NCBI GenBank assembly: GCA_951406725.2
Contig: OX597830.1
Coordinates: 34,038,001-34,102,000, forward strand
Length of the DNA stretch: 64,000 nt
DNA from: Octopus vulgaris
Taxonomy: Eukaryota
Reading direction: 5' to 3'
The notes under the pieces were generated by a model. The model was not told where the DNA came from, made no database searches, and saw only the letters and a program-made list of their open reading frames with translations. Positions 14,968-27,934 of the stretch are shown one piece after another; positions within the stretch are counted from its first letter, which is position 1; the number at the start of each line of letters is the position of its first letter. The translations under genes and the position numbers were made by a program.

Positions 14968-15160
14968 AGTTAATCCAAACATGAAAATACCAAGAGAAAA
15001 CACAACAACGCGAGGACGTGGAACAAATATAGTATTATTGGATGCTCAGGAAGGAAGGGAAGAAGGAGGGTTTTACGTATCGAGCGGAAACATAGGAAAA
15101 GGAAAGATCCAGAGAAGGGAAGACGGAGGAAAAAAACTCCAACGGTGCACACATGGTCAC
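14968..15160 (-). mobile_element. Short (TA)n-flanked repeat, copy 1 (HHR core deleted)
   Basis: Aligns along its length with 15725-15935 but lacks agctcttcgtcgg between cgagcgg and aaacatagg. Confidence 0.7.
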
Positions 15161-15161
15161 A

Positions 15162-15515
15162 TTCTTTTACTCTTTTATTTGTTTCAGTCATTTGACTGCA
15201 GCCATGCTGGAGCACCACCTTTAGTTAAATAAATCGACTTCAGGACTTAGTTTTTAAAGCCTAGTTCTTATTTTATGCAAAACCATTAAGTTAGAGGGAT
15301 ATAAACATCAACGCTAATGATAGGGGGTGGAAGACAAACACAGACACAGACATATACATACATATATACATATACGACAGGCTTCTTTCAGTTTCTATCT
15401 ACTAAATCCACTCCCAAGACGTTGGCCAACCCAAGGCTTTGGTAGAAAACACTTGCCCAAGGTGCCATGCAGTGAGACCATGTGGTTGGGAGGCAAGCTG
15501 CTTACCACACAACCA
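15162..15515 (-). mobile_element. SINE-A
   Basis: Homology to 24150-24560. Confidence 0.85.
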
Positions 15516-15534
15516 TGGTACATGATATATATTT

Positions 15535-15710
15535 ATAGGGAGAATTCACAAAAAACAAATGAAGAAGACAGGGGGTGTAGACAACAAACAGATGTATTAG
15601 TATAATGCTCAGTAAGTGAAAAAGTCTTTACAGTTTCGAGCCTACACTCTTTCACAGAAAGGAACACAGAAACAAGGAGAGAAAATAAAGAATGTATAGT
15701 GGCTAGCGAT
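15535..15710 (-). mobile_element. Short (TA)n-flanked repeat with degenerate HHR-like motif (15626-15661)
   Basis: Minus strand cttt-ctgtgaa-a-gagt(gtag)gctc-GAAAC-tgt-aaag; same family as 10330-10520. Confidence 0.55.
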
Positions 15711-15724
15711 ATATATATATATAT

Positions 15725-15930
15725 AGTTAATCCAAACAAGAAAACACAAAAAAACAAAAAAAACACAGCAACGTGAGGACGTGGAACAAATAAAGTATTA
15801 TTGGACGCTCAGGAAGGGAAGAAAGAGGGTTTAACGTTTCGAGTGGAGCTCTTCGTCGGAAACATAGGAGAAGGAAAGATCCCGAGAAGGGAAGACAGAG
15901 GAAAAAAATTGGCAGTGGTACTCACGAGGT

Positions 15931-15935
<5 letters not shown>
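15725..15935 (-). mobile_element. Short (TA)n-flanked repeat, copy 2, with HHR-like motif (15829-15863)
   Basis: Minus strand gttt-CCGACGA-a-gagc(tcc)actc-GAAAC-GTT-aaac; palindromic acgt stem III; TA repeats on both sides. Confidence 0.65.
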
Positions 15936-15966
<31 letters not shown>

Positions 15967-16766
15967 ATGTAGGTGTGCAATGAAAATAATAAAAATGAAG
16001 GTAATTAAAGCCATATGATCAACATTAAAAAAACAAGAACAATAGCAATCTCCAAATGGCCTTAAGGCCCTACCCTTCACACAAAATAGGTTTAAAAATA
16101 TGATGCACTGACGTGCATGTAGATGTGCATATGGTTTAAAAAAGAATGATAGATCATTCACACAGGGATGGAAAGTCAGAGTACTCCTCCACTCAGTTCT
16201 GATTGCCTTCAGCTTTGTTTGCCTTCTGCAGGCTGGGTTACTCAATATTCCCTGTAAACATTTCAAGCTTTAGCCCAACCATGAACAGCTCTATATTCCG
16301 CTACACACCAGACCATGGCTCTCTCTCAAACTTTTGCAATCTTTCTTGGATAAATTCATCAGGCAAAGAGGCACTCTCTTTTGTGACATACTATTTCCAC
16401 ACACTTTTTTTTATCTGATTGTTGGCAAAAGCTGACTTGTAGTTGTTGTCTGGGTGCTTTTCGTTTCTTCAGTTAAATGTACATTTTTTGGTTATTTTTT
16501 TAAAATGTAATTCTAAAATTCTAGATCCTTATTGTCCTTTTTTACTATTTTAAAATCTGCCTCTGCCTGTGAAATATTGGGGGAGCTTATTAATTGTGAA
16601 TTCCAAAGTGTGTAACATCTCTTCTTATGACTTTTGTTTTAATCATATGGAACCACCAATAAAAACAGTAAAATGGATCCTGATAATGTATATATATATA
16701 TTATGTATGTATATATATATATATATATATATTTTATGTATGTATATATATATATATATTTTTATG

Positions 16767-16809
<43 letters not shown>

Positions 16810-17588
16810 ATATATATATTTATAAATAAACTTCAGAATGTCTAAGGATAAACCTTATTTTCTACTCCAAGTATTTGGCTGAATGTTAAGATATTCTGAA
16901 AATGCTGCAGATGAAAAACATATACACACACATTTGTTTTTTAACCTATCAAGTTATAGAAGAAATCACCTAATCAGAGCTTTGTAGACTCATACAATCA
17001 CCACAAACAACAATTAATGATATAAATTTTGCATCATTTTTCTATTTCTTTCCTTCCATTTATAAATTCCTTCCTATTTTGGTTTTTTAATTAATGAGAT
17101 ATTGAAAAAAAAAAAAACCTTTGTATATCTTGGATTGTTAATGAGTAGTTTTTATATCAGTAGCATGTAAAAATGAATGTTGTGAGGGTTATTGAAAAGA
17201 AGGAAAGAAAAATAATGACAAAACATTAATGAATGAAGCCATATGCAAATGTCCACACACACAAACATAGTCACATGTACACACACACACACACACACAC
17301 AATAAATGCAATCACACATACATACACACATCAAATCAGATCGGACAAAGTCTCATCCATTTTATACTAATTTTAGTTACACTGATTACTAATTTAGTTT
17401 AAAAGCATAATTAAACAATAATGATATTTGCAGAATTGCTTCAGAAAGATTCTTCATTGTTGAAATTTAAAATTAATACCTAAAAATAAATAAATAATAA
17501 TTATTTATTAAAAACTGTTTTTTAAAAGAAATGAGTAAAAGCAAAATGTTAGCTTTTTTAACCAGAAAATAAAGGAGAATTATTTATA

Positions 17589-17628
<40 letters not shown>

Positions 17629-17671
17629 CATAAATACATACATACATATATATATATATATTTACATGCAG

Positions 17672-17892
17672 GTGACAGGAAGAGTATTAGGGTGTAGAAA
17701 ATCTGCATTAATGAATTCTGTCTGACTCATGAACACAGTAAAATGTTTAAAAACAATGATGATAATGGTAAAGATTTTGAATACACACACACACACATAC
17801 ACACGCACACACATATATACACATAAAAAAGATATATATATATATATATTTATTCCTTCTCAAGCCATGGGGCCAGTTTCCCGGTTTCCTTG

Positions 17893-17941
<49 letters not shown>

Positions 17942-18045
17942 CTTTACCATTATCAACATAGTTTTTTAACATTTTCTGTGCTCATATGAGTCAGACAAAA
18001 TTCATTGATGCAGATTTTCTACACCCTAATACTCTTCCTGTCACT
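17672..18045. repeat. Local inverted duplication (~107-bp arms) around a CA/TA spacer
   Basis: gtgacaggaagagtattagggtgtagaaaatctgc...gataatggtaaagattt mirrored at 17938-18045. Confidence 0.85.
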
Positions 18046-18159
18046 AACCCTTACCTGTTTCAAAGTGAGGCAATATTTCCCCATGAATAGACATATTTTC
18101 AGTAAAGACTGAAAATGAGGGAATCGATTTGTATAGAAGTGATACTCATAAGTACCTAG

Positions 18160-18597
18160 TGATTGGCACTCATGCCAGTGGAATATTAAAAGCCCATCTA
18201 AGTGTGATCATTGCCTGGATCACGGATTGGCTCCCATGCCAGTGACACGTGCAAAGCACCATTCAGGCATGATTGTTGCCAGCATCCCCTTACCAGCACA
18301 TATGCCAGTGGCACATGGAAAACAACATCCGAGCGTGGTCGTTGCCAGGGCCACCGAACTGGCTCCCATGCAGGTAGCACATAAAAACACCTTTTGAGCG
18401 CGATCGTTGCCAGAGCTGCCTGGCTCATAAAAAGCACCCACTACACTCTCAGAGTAGTTGACGTTATGAAGCGCATTCAGCTAGAGAAACTTTGCCAGAT
18501 CAGATTGAGCCTGGTGCAGCCTCTGGCTCACTAGTCCTCAGTCAAACTGTCCAACCCAAGCCAGCTTGGAAAGCAGATGTTAAACGATGATGATGAT
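18160..18597 (+). mobile_element. Family E repeat ((GAT)n tail, internal ~55-bp subrepeats)
   Basis: tgccagtggcac..aaagcacc subrepeats; tail ccaaccca.gc.agc.tggaaagc.ga.gttaaacgatgatgat. Confidence 0.8.
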
Positions 18598-18976
18598 CTT
18601 ACCTAGAGGAAGGAACACTATCACATATATGCATACATACACACATGCACATTCTCTCTCTCTCACACACACACATATATTCATTTACACAATAAGCATC
18701 CATTTTTCTATGATAGCATAGTTTGGACAAAAATGAGTTTGAGGCAGAATTTTATGGCCACATGTCCTTCCTGTTCACTTGTTTTACACGTAAAGGATTA
18801 TTTCTGATGAAATAATAATCATCAGAATAATTGGTACAAGGCTCCACAATTTGAACTGGAAGGGCCCTTAATATGTGACTGCTACCTATGCTATGAACTC
18901 TAGGAAGATGAAATGCAAAGCCAAACCAAGTTACAATTTGAACTCACAACTTCAGGGAGTATAACTAAATATATAA

Positions 18977-19350
18977 GTGCAGGAGTGGTTGTGTGGTAAG
19001 GAGCTTGCTTCCCAACCACATGGTTCCAGGTTCAATACCACTGTGTGGCACCTTGGGCAAGTGTCGGCCAAAACCTAGTGAGTGACTTTAGTAGACAGAA
19101 ATTGAATGAAGCCTGTCATATATAAATATATATATATGTATATGTTTGTGCATCTGTGTTTGTTCCCCCACCATTGCTTGACAACCAATGTTGGTGTGTT
19201 TATGTCCCCTGTAACATAGCGGTTCAAGAAAAAAATCTGATAGAATAAATCGTAGGCTTACAAAGAATAAGTCCTGGGGGTTGATTTGCTCAATTAAAGG
19301 CGATGCTCCAGCATGACCGCAGTCAAATGACTGAAAAAAGTAAAAGACTA
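18977..19350 (+). mobile_element. SINE-A; an extra tail fragment lies at ~19415-19470
   Basis: gcaggagtggttgtgtggtaag...gactgaaaaaagtaaaaga. Confidence 0.85.
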
Positions 19351-20323
19351 TACAGCTTACCACAATTTTTCTACAATATCACAAACTCAGAGGTAATAAA
19401 AAATTTCGAACAGTTAAAGGCAGTGCTCCAGCATGGCTGCAGTCGAATGACTGAAACAAGTAAAAGAATTGGTGCAAAGTTGCAGAATTTTTGGAGACAT
19501 CACAAATGCTGACCATACATATGGATGTGCAGGTCTGGGCAAGATATTTTCAGGAAGACTAGTAGTTCTCCATCTATCCAAATCTGTTCTCTGTATCATT
19601 GTCGTTTATCCAAGGGAAAGTTACTGACTTTGGCCCATACAGCCTGGTACTAGTATCATTTTTGGAATTGCTGTCACAATTTAAAATGACAGAACAGATT
19701 CCACCAAGCATCTCACCTGACCCTTATATAGTTCCACCGACCCATTTCTCTTGACTGGTACTGTTTTGTCAATTCTTACAGGATAAAAGGTAAAGTCAAA
19801 ACTTCAACTGGATTTGAACTCAGAATGCAGAACATAAGAACAGACACAACTAGACATTCTATGTATTACTCTATGACATAGAGAAATAATAGAAGTGTGA
19901 AGAAATGAAATAATTTGCAACTATAGCAAAATATTTTTCTACTGTGAATCTTATATCAAGATAACTACAGTCATTGGTGCATCGTTAATGATTTAGAGCT
20001 AAATATTTATTTTTTCAATCATGATGTAGTCTGTCTTGCTAACTAAAGTCAAGCATTAGTCTTTAAATCAAACAAATAAGTTGATTCTCTGCTGAAATTC
20101 ATTACAATATAATTCCTGATTCAGTTGGCATATTCATGTAAAGTCAGCAGACTCCTTTATTTGTTTTCATTTTATTTTACACATTTTTGTGAACAATAAA
20201 CATCAATGGTTTCATATGTTTCCAATGGGACAACCAGTGGATCACTTAGTAGTACAAATACCACAACATATTTTCATTTGAATGGTCTGGCTTGTTATAT
20301 ATTGGTGTGTATAATTGTTACCC

Positions 20324-20394
<71 letters not shown>

Positions 20395-20396
<2 letters not shown>

Positions 20397-20515
20397 TGTA
20401 GTTCAAATTTACAGAAAATAAAACACAAAGACAAATGAAGGAACAAAAATGTGTATTCGTTTGACACTCAGGATGAATGGAAAAGTTTTTGACGTTTCAA
20501 TCTAATGCTCTTCGA
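20395..20515 (-). mobile_element. Truncated copy of the 10330/15535 HHR-like repeat family
   Basis: Minus strand cgaagagc-attag-att-GAAAC-GTC-aaaaacttttcc...; abuts (TA)n. Confidence 0.5.
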
Positions 20516-20521
20516 TTATTT

Positions 20522-20575
20522 TTACCAGACGCAACAAGAGTTTCATGCATTATCACTCATCAAGCTTTCTGGTAA
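20522..20575 (-). ncRNA. Type I hammerhead-like motif (C3>U variant)
   Basis: Minus strand ttaccaga-aagc-TTGATGA-gtg(ataatg)cat-GAAAC-tctt-GTT-gc-g-tctggtaa; distal stem I has 8 perfect bp. Confidence 0.55.
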
Positions 20576-20714
20576 GTACAAACACATGAAACACTTGGCC
20601 CTTAAGTAACTCTGTTGCTTCTTCTAAATATTAATAAAAATATACATATACTCATATTTTGAGTTCTATTTTTTCCTGTTTACATCCCCATACCTATATA
20701 TATATATATATATA

Positions 20715-20886
20715 GTTCTATATTTAAGAGATGAGGAATTATTTACATTATTTATATTTGATGGATATTTGTCCTCATCTTGTTTGTTGTTAACACGTTT
20801 CAGCTGATAAGCCCTCCAACCTTCATCAGGTATATTAGGGGGAAATTTTGAATCTGGGTTCTCATTCCTAAGGTATTTTTTCGATG
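20715..20886 (-). mobile_element. Headless copy of the tRNA/HHR-like element (3' part)
   Basis: Matches 51378-51510; minus strand CTGATGA-a-ggttg(gagggcttat)cagct-GAAAC-gtgtt; ends in (TA)n. Confidence 0.7.
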
Positions 20887-22577
20887 GGTATAGTTTCACC
20901 AATCCTACAAAAACAAGCAAACACACACACACACACGTGCATATTCACACGTGTACACACACATATATGCACTCACACACATAAACACACAAATGTACAT
21001 GTACACACACACAATTATGCTATCCCTTAATTTCAAGTGTCCCAGGTAATTATTGACTGTTCTGTTCTATGTTCCTTATCGTATTATCTGGTGTTATAGT
21101 TCACATAATATATTATAATGCTCATATTGCCATTTGGTGTTCCACTGACAGTGTCTTTTAGCAGATCAAGTAATCACAAAGCGAATCTTTCCAGTGTTGT
21201 TGCTTTTGTTGCTTAAGACAGTTCTACTTTCAAAATCAGCTATGCTGTGGCCATTATATCTTCTTTTTCCCCATTTATAGAGTATATAGAATGAAATTAG
21301 CTGATATGTCCATTATATTCATTAAAATGGTAACTTGTAATCTTGAGGAAAATTTGGCTGCTATTTCCAGCCAGTTGAGCAATCACATTGAAGCCACTTT
21401 GCTACTTTATATGATGTTAAATTGATAGGATAACAAGACCTCTGTCTGCCATATTATAATGAGTTTGCTGGTGAGGAATGTTTGCTAATTTAAATAACCA
21501 ATTAATGAGAAAGCAACAGTGATAATTATTTCCTATGTTAAAGGTAAAGTAATAATTGATTAGTTGGAAATTTTAAGTGCTAGAATATCACTGGTATTCA
21601 TTTCTTAAGTCCTTATGGGTGACGAAATGCTATGTTACCCCCTGGGAAAAAATTGAACATGGGACAATGAAATATAATGAAAAAAAATAATTCAACACAG
21701 ATTCTGTACTGAGTCAGCTGCTTACACTGCTCTGTTAAAACAACAATAACAACTACAATACTAGCAACAACAACAACTCTGATAATGAGAACAGTAAAAC
21801 AGAAAACTGCAAGAAAGAAAAGAAAGAAAGAAACCTAAAGAAGCCGTGCTAAATAGTAAAAGCTGCTGTTTTTCCTAATGAAAGGTTTGGTAAAAATAAA
21901 TGTGATACTACAGCAGGTCATTAAATAGTGTGTACAGCATCATTAGCTGTTAATCAGACAGTTGTTAAATTGATGGAGTGTGGTTATGTGTGTGATATGA
22001 TGGGTAATGAGGCGTTGGTCGTGCTGAGACAGGGTGTGTTGAAAGTGGTGGGGTTTGAAATTGCTAATGACACTGTAGTTGTCTAAGAAATTAGGGGGAA
22101 ATAGAGATACATAAATAACTGATTAGGAAAAGATGCTGTTATTGTTGGCGGTGTTGGTAGTGGGGTCATTATCAGAATTATAATGAGGATGGTGGTATCC
22201 TCCAATATTCTGAGATCAAATCTAAGTGAGGTTGGTATTTTCTATCCTTCCTCCAAGTTTGGTATAATAAGCGCTAGTAATTTAAATGGAGATTGAATCA
22301 ATGTATTTCTACACTTCACCAATAAAATATACAGCCTGGTGTTAATGTACACAATACCAATTGTTTGTGGTGTATCTTGGTATCACTTTTCAGTATACTT
22401 TCATATGTGTGTGTATGTACATATGGTGGACAATGATTACAGACATCTTCGGTAGGAGTGAATCCAGGATTAAGATTGGTGGTAAGGCTGAGGATTATTT
22501 GGAGACAAAGAGAAAGTAAAAAAGAATTGTAATAATAATAATAATTGATGTATATTAATAAAAACAACAAGAAAGAA

Positions 22578-22915
22578 CATCATCATCATCATCATCATTT
22601 AACGTCCGTTTTCTGCACTAGCACGGGTTGGACGGTTCGACTGGGGTTTGGGAAGCCAGGAGGCTGCACCAGGCTCCAGTCTGATCTGGCAGTGTTTCTA
22701 CAGCTGGATGCCCTTCCTAATGCCAACCACTCTGCGAGTGTAGTGGGTGCTTTTTACGTGCCACTGGCACAGGTGCCAAGGGAGTCTGGCAGCGGCCACG
22801 ATCGGTTGGTGCTTTTAACGTGCCACCGGCACGGAAGCCAGTCAAGGTGGTGCTGGCATCGGTCACGCTTGGATGGTGCTTTTTATGTGCCACCGGCACA
22901 GAAGCCAGTCGAGGC
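22578..22915 (-). mobile_element. Family E repeat
   Basis: (CAT)n-ttaacgtccg..ggatgcccttcctaatgccaacc..ttttacgtgccac x3. Confidence 0.85.
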
Positions 22916-23619
22916 GATCGAGACCTTCTTTGTAAATTATTGAAAATAAAGTGTATGTATACAGTTCTCTGATAGCTGGATCCACCACAGCATCCTATAT
23001 AAGTACAGCTTTAGATGAGCTTGTAAAGTTGACTTTGGTAGAGTTTGAACTCAGAATGGAAAGAGTCACAAGAAATACTGCTCAGCATTTTCTCCAATGA
23101 GCTAATGGTTCTATCAGCTCTCTGCCTTAATTCAAAGTATTCATGGTACCACTCCTCGTAGCAGTGTGACAGTACCATGCATAGAATTTTCAATATATTA
23201 TTACATATATAATGGGCTCCCACACAGTTTCCATTTACCAAATTCACCCACGAAGCATTGGTCATCCAGCAGAGTATAACAGAAAATACTTGAGCTAGAT
23301 ATCATACAGTGGTAAATGAACCCACAACCATGCTGTTGCAAAGCAAACTTCTTAACCTCATGTGCTTAGATATTCTCAAATTGCACTTTCTGTTCTATTT
23401 AGCTGATTTTTCTAGCAGATCAACCATGTAACCTATCTCTTACTGTTGTAGAATGGAAAAAGACAATGCCTGGATTAGCAGTGACAGCAGCAACAACAAC
23501 AGCAACAACAGTTATAACAACTGATTCTGATTTTAAAATTTTACCGGCAGATATCAACTACATACACAACCTAATATGGTTGTTGTTCATTAAGATCGCA
23601 AGTTCTCGTATCGAATTCA

Positions 23620-23880
23620 CTGGATGTGGATGTGTGGTTAGGAAGCTTGCTTTACTATCATGTGGTTTTGGATTCAATCTCACTGCACTACAGTTTGTGC
23701 AAATGTATTCTACTGTAACCCCAAGCCAACCAATGTGCTGCAAGTGGATTTGGTAGACAGAAAAGTGTAGTGGAAGCCTATCATGTGTGTGTGTGCATAT
23801 GAGCACACGCACGTGTGTGTATGTGTGTGTGTGTGTGTATGTGCCTGTGTGCCCATTGTCACTTGACAGTTGGTGTTAAA
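23620..23880 (+). mobile_element. Old SINE-A, 5' half
   Basis: gtggatgtgtggttaggaagcttgc..gtggatttggtagacag. Confidence 0.65.
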
Positions 23881-23930
23881 GCAACATAATTATAATCAGT
23901 TGTTTTCTTCACCCATAGATCATATTTGAC

Positions 23931-24630
23931 CAGTGGCAGACTACCCAGATTGCCAGCTTTCTCAATGGCAAGTGGGCCACTGCACCATTAGGATCGATAT
24001 ATAGGGGCCCATGTTAGTATCTAAGGGGCCCAGCCCCTCAAGTTTGAGAATTTTTTTAATAACTCCTGGAAGAATGCATTATTTCAGCTTGGCTGTCTTC
24101 GTAGACAGTTGAAAAGAATGCTTTTAACAAAAAAAAAAATTAAATGACAGCGCAGGAGTGGCTGTGTGGTAAGTAGCTTGCTTACAAACCACATGGTTCC
24201 AGGTTCAGTCCCACTGCGTGGGACCTTGGGTAAGTGTCTTCTACTATAGCCTCGGGTCGACCAAAGCCTTGTGAGTGGATTTGGTAGACGGAAACTGAAA
24301 GAAGCCCGTCGTATATATGTATATATATATATGTGTGTGTGCGTGTTTGTGTGTCTGTGTTTGTCCCCCCCCCAACATCGCTTGACAACCGATGCTTGTG
24401 TGTTTACGTCCCTGTAACTTAGCGGTTCGGCAAAAAGAGACCGATAAAATAAGTACTAGGCTTACAAAGAATAAGTCCTGGGGTCGATTTGATCGACTAA
24501 ATGCGGTGCTCCAGCATGGCCACAGTCACATGACTGAAACAAGTAAAAGAGTAAAGAGTATAGCATTGTAGTTGTGGTGGGCCCCCTTAGTCTCCTGGCA
24601 ACCAATATTTTCAGACCCAGTCCGCCACTG
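23931..24630. mobile_element. hAT-like MITE with nested SINE-A
   Basis: TIRs cagtggcagact / agtccgccactg (11/12 match); degenerate 8-bp TSD tatttgac / tataggac; internal ggggccc motifs. Confidence 0.65.
24150..24560 (+). mobile_element. SINE-A, young full-length copy
   Basis: A box tggctgtgtgg, B box ggttcagtccc, many CpGs retained, tail aagtaaaagagtaaagag. Confidence 0.92.
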
Positions 24631-25306
24631 TATAGGACTATGTTATAAAATTATCCTTATTCAGTTTTTGTGATAGTATTGTTTGATTTGAAGAACTGGT
24701 TATTTCTACATGGCTGCTCTTGTTATTTTCATTGCTGCTGCTGTTTTCGTTCTTCATTAATTCTGGGTCAAACCTATTAAAGAAACGCTGTGATGAAGGC
24801 TTTCCATTTATGACCATACCATGTTTATTTTTTTCAAATATAGTACATCAAAGGCTACTCTATCTCATGTGTCATTCCTACTTAAAGTGATTTAGCTTTG
24901 ATTTGAGGGGATTTAGTTGTTTCTTCTAGCAGGTCAAACAAGGATATAATGTATTTTATCATTGCTTCAACTGCTTATGAATGTATCCCAACTGAAGACT
25001 TTTTCTATGTACATGAGCATTCATATATATACATATATATATATGCGTGTGTGTAAATAGGTATGTATATGTAATGATGTGTTTATGTTTGTGTGTGTGT
25101 CCTAGAAACTCTAATTTTTTTATGTCAATGTACATAGTCTGCTAGTGTGCATATACTGTTGTGTGTATATGTTTATGTGCACCAGAATATGTGTGCGACC
25201 TCATTGAATTATTATGTATATGTGCATGTGAATGTATGTCTGTATGTGTTTATATGTATACATGCTTGTATGTATATATGTATATATATATATGGATATG
25301 ATGATG

Positions 25307-25343
<37 letters not shown>

Positions 25344-25358
25344 CATGATGACATATAT

Positions 25359-25407
<49 letters not shown>

Positions 25408-26098
25408 TATATATACATACATATATACACATATATGCATACACAAATACAAATATATATATGTATATGTATGTCTATGTATGTGTATACATATATATAT
25501 ATATATATATAATATATATAGCTCAGTTGAAGTGTAATTTTATGTATGTGTATGTATTTGTGCATGTATGTATGAATGGATGGGTATATAATTGTGTGTG
25601 TGTAATTATGTGTACGTATGTGTCTGCACAAGTGTGTGCACATGCGTGCATGTGCATATGCTTGCACTCGTGTCTATGCGTAGGACTGTGCATATGTAGT
25701 GTTTGTATGTGTCCCCATGGAAGGGTAATTCCCTTTGACATAACAAGCTTAGTTCAACTTAATCAGCTCAAATATTGAATCTTCTTAACAAGCTGTTGTG
25801 GCTGTTATTTAACCGTATCAATTGTTCATCACACACACACACACACACATACACATACCATGGAGCACACACAAACAAAATACATTAACACACTCATTTA
25901 AACTCACACAGATAGACAAACATCATACGCAGAAAAACATGAGCCTTGGCAATATACACACATACATACACCCAAGTAAACACAAACTGACATTCACAAA
26001 CATAAATACATACACACACACACATAGATACTTTTATTTCGTAGATACATACACATACAAACTCATACATGCAACTATACTCACATTGATAAATACAC

Positions 26099-26146
<48 letters not shown>

Positions 26147-26391
26147 ATAAGTCACATGAATAACACATGGAAACACTGTGTGTGCATAAGCACACATAGT
26201 CCCAGATTTTTAGCTACACACACACTAATGCATAGACTTACATACAGACTCAATGCTATGCACATGGAAATACGCCGTTCCTCACATGCAAGGAAGCGGA
26301 CCCTTACATACACATACAAACAGAAAAACACACACACACCCATAACACCCATATAAATTAACGTACATAAATACACAGCTACATACATACC

Positions 26392-27440
26392 TTCTTTACT
26401 CTTTTACTTGTTTCAGTCATTTGACTGTGGGCCATGCTGGAGCACCACCTTTAGTCGAGCAAATCAACCCCCAGGACTTAATCTATTAGTCTCTTTTACT
26501 GAACCGCTAAGTTACAGGGACGTAAACACACCAGCATCGGTTGTCACGCAATGTTGAGCGGTTGTTGTGGGGGGGCGACAAACATAGACACACAAATATA
26601 TACATACACATACACATATATATATACACATATATACGATGGGCTTCTTTCAGTTTCTGTCTACCAAATCCACTCACAAGGCTTTGGTCAGCCTGAGGCT
26701 ATTGTAGAAGACACTTGCCCAAGATGCCATGCAACGGGACTGAACCCAGAACCATGTGGTTCATAAGCAAGCTACTTACCACACAGCCACTCCTATGCCT
26801 ATATATATATTCTTTTATTCTTTTACTTGTTTCAATCATTTGACAGTGGCCATGCTGGAGCACCGCCTTTCGTCAAACAAATCAACCTCCAGTCTTATTC
26901 TTTGTAAGCCTAGTACTTGTTCTATCGGTCTCTTTTGCCAAACTTCTAAGTCACGGGGACATAAAGACACCAACATTGGTTGTCAAGTGATGATGGGGGT
27001 AAACAAATACAGACACACACACAAATATATACATATATACATGATGGGCTTCTTTCAGTTTCTGTCTACTAAATCCACTCACAAGGCTTTGGTTGGCCTC
27101 AGGCTATAGTAGAAGATACTTGGCCAAGGTGTCACACAGGAGGACTGAACCTGGAACCATGTGGTTGGGCAGCAAGCTTCTTACCATTCAGCCATGCTGA
27201 AGTATAAACAAACGCACATATATTTTCTATTTTCTTCTTGTTTCCGTCATTAGACTGTGGTCATACTGGGGCACACCTTTGAAGAATTTTTAGTTGAATG
27301 GATCGACCCAAGTAATTTTTTAAAGTCTGGTGCTTAATCTGAAAGTTGCTTTTGCCAAACTGCTAAGTTACAGGGACATAAACATGTCAACACCAGTTCT
27401 CAAGGTGTGATGGTAGACCAGACATAGACATACACACACC
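26392..27440 (-). mobile_element. Three head-to-tail SINE-A copies (26392-26799, 26811-27197, partial 27223-27440)
   Basis: Repeated cttttacttgtttcagtcatttgac...ccacacagccac units. Confidence 0.88.
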
Positions 27441-27630
27441 CTCCCCATCGGAGGGTAACTTTCTAGGTGCAATCCCATGGTCAGTCACGACTGAAGGGGG
27501 TCTCAGCATAAATGTATAGAAACTGTGGCATAGAATCACATACATATGCACGTGCATTATATACAAACACAATACACATGTATACACATGCATGCAGACA
27601 TGCACACACATAAACCCATGCATGCATACA

Positions 27631-27934
27631 CTGGCATGCCATCAGTTACAACACACAATGGTTCCAGTTGATCAGAGCAATGAAACAGTCTGCTTGAGAA
27701 ATTGATGTGCAAGTGGCTGAGCACTCCACAGCCACACGTGCCCTTAACATAGTTCTCAGGGAGATTCAGCGTGACAAGGACGACCCTTTGAATTACAGGT
27801 ACACTTCATTTTTTTCAGTTGAGTGGACTGGAGCAATATAAAATAAAGTGTTTTCTGCTCAAGGACAGAATGTGCTGGTGGGACTGAACCCAGAACCATG
27901 TGGTTCATAAGCAAGCTACTTACCACACAGCCAC
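27631..27934 (-). mobile_element. Chimeric SINE: SINE-A head plus CORE-like body plus tail T1
   Basis: gtggctgtgtggtaagtagc..ggttcagtcccac joined to tgtccttgagcagaaaacactttatt..gtggagtgctcagccac. Confidence 0.75.

Noticed and set aside
15970-16430. Possible second Tx1-like 3' fragment on the minus strand
   Set aside because: Only vague peptide resemblance; needs an alignment.
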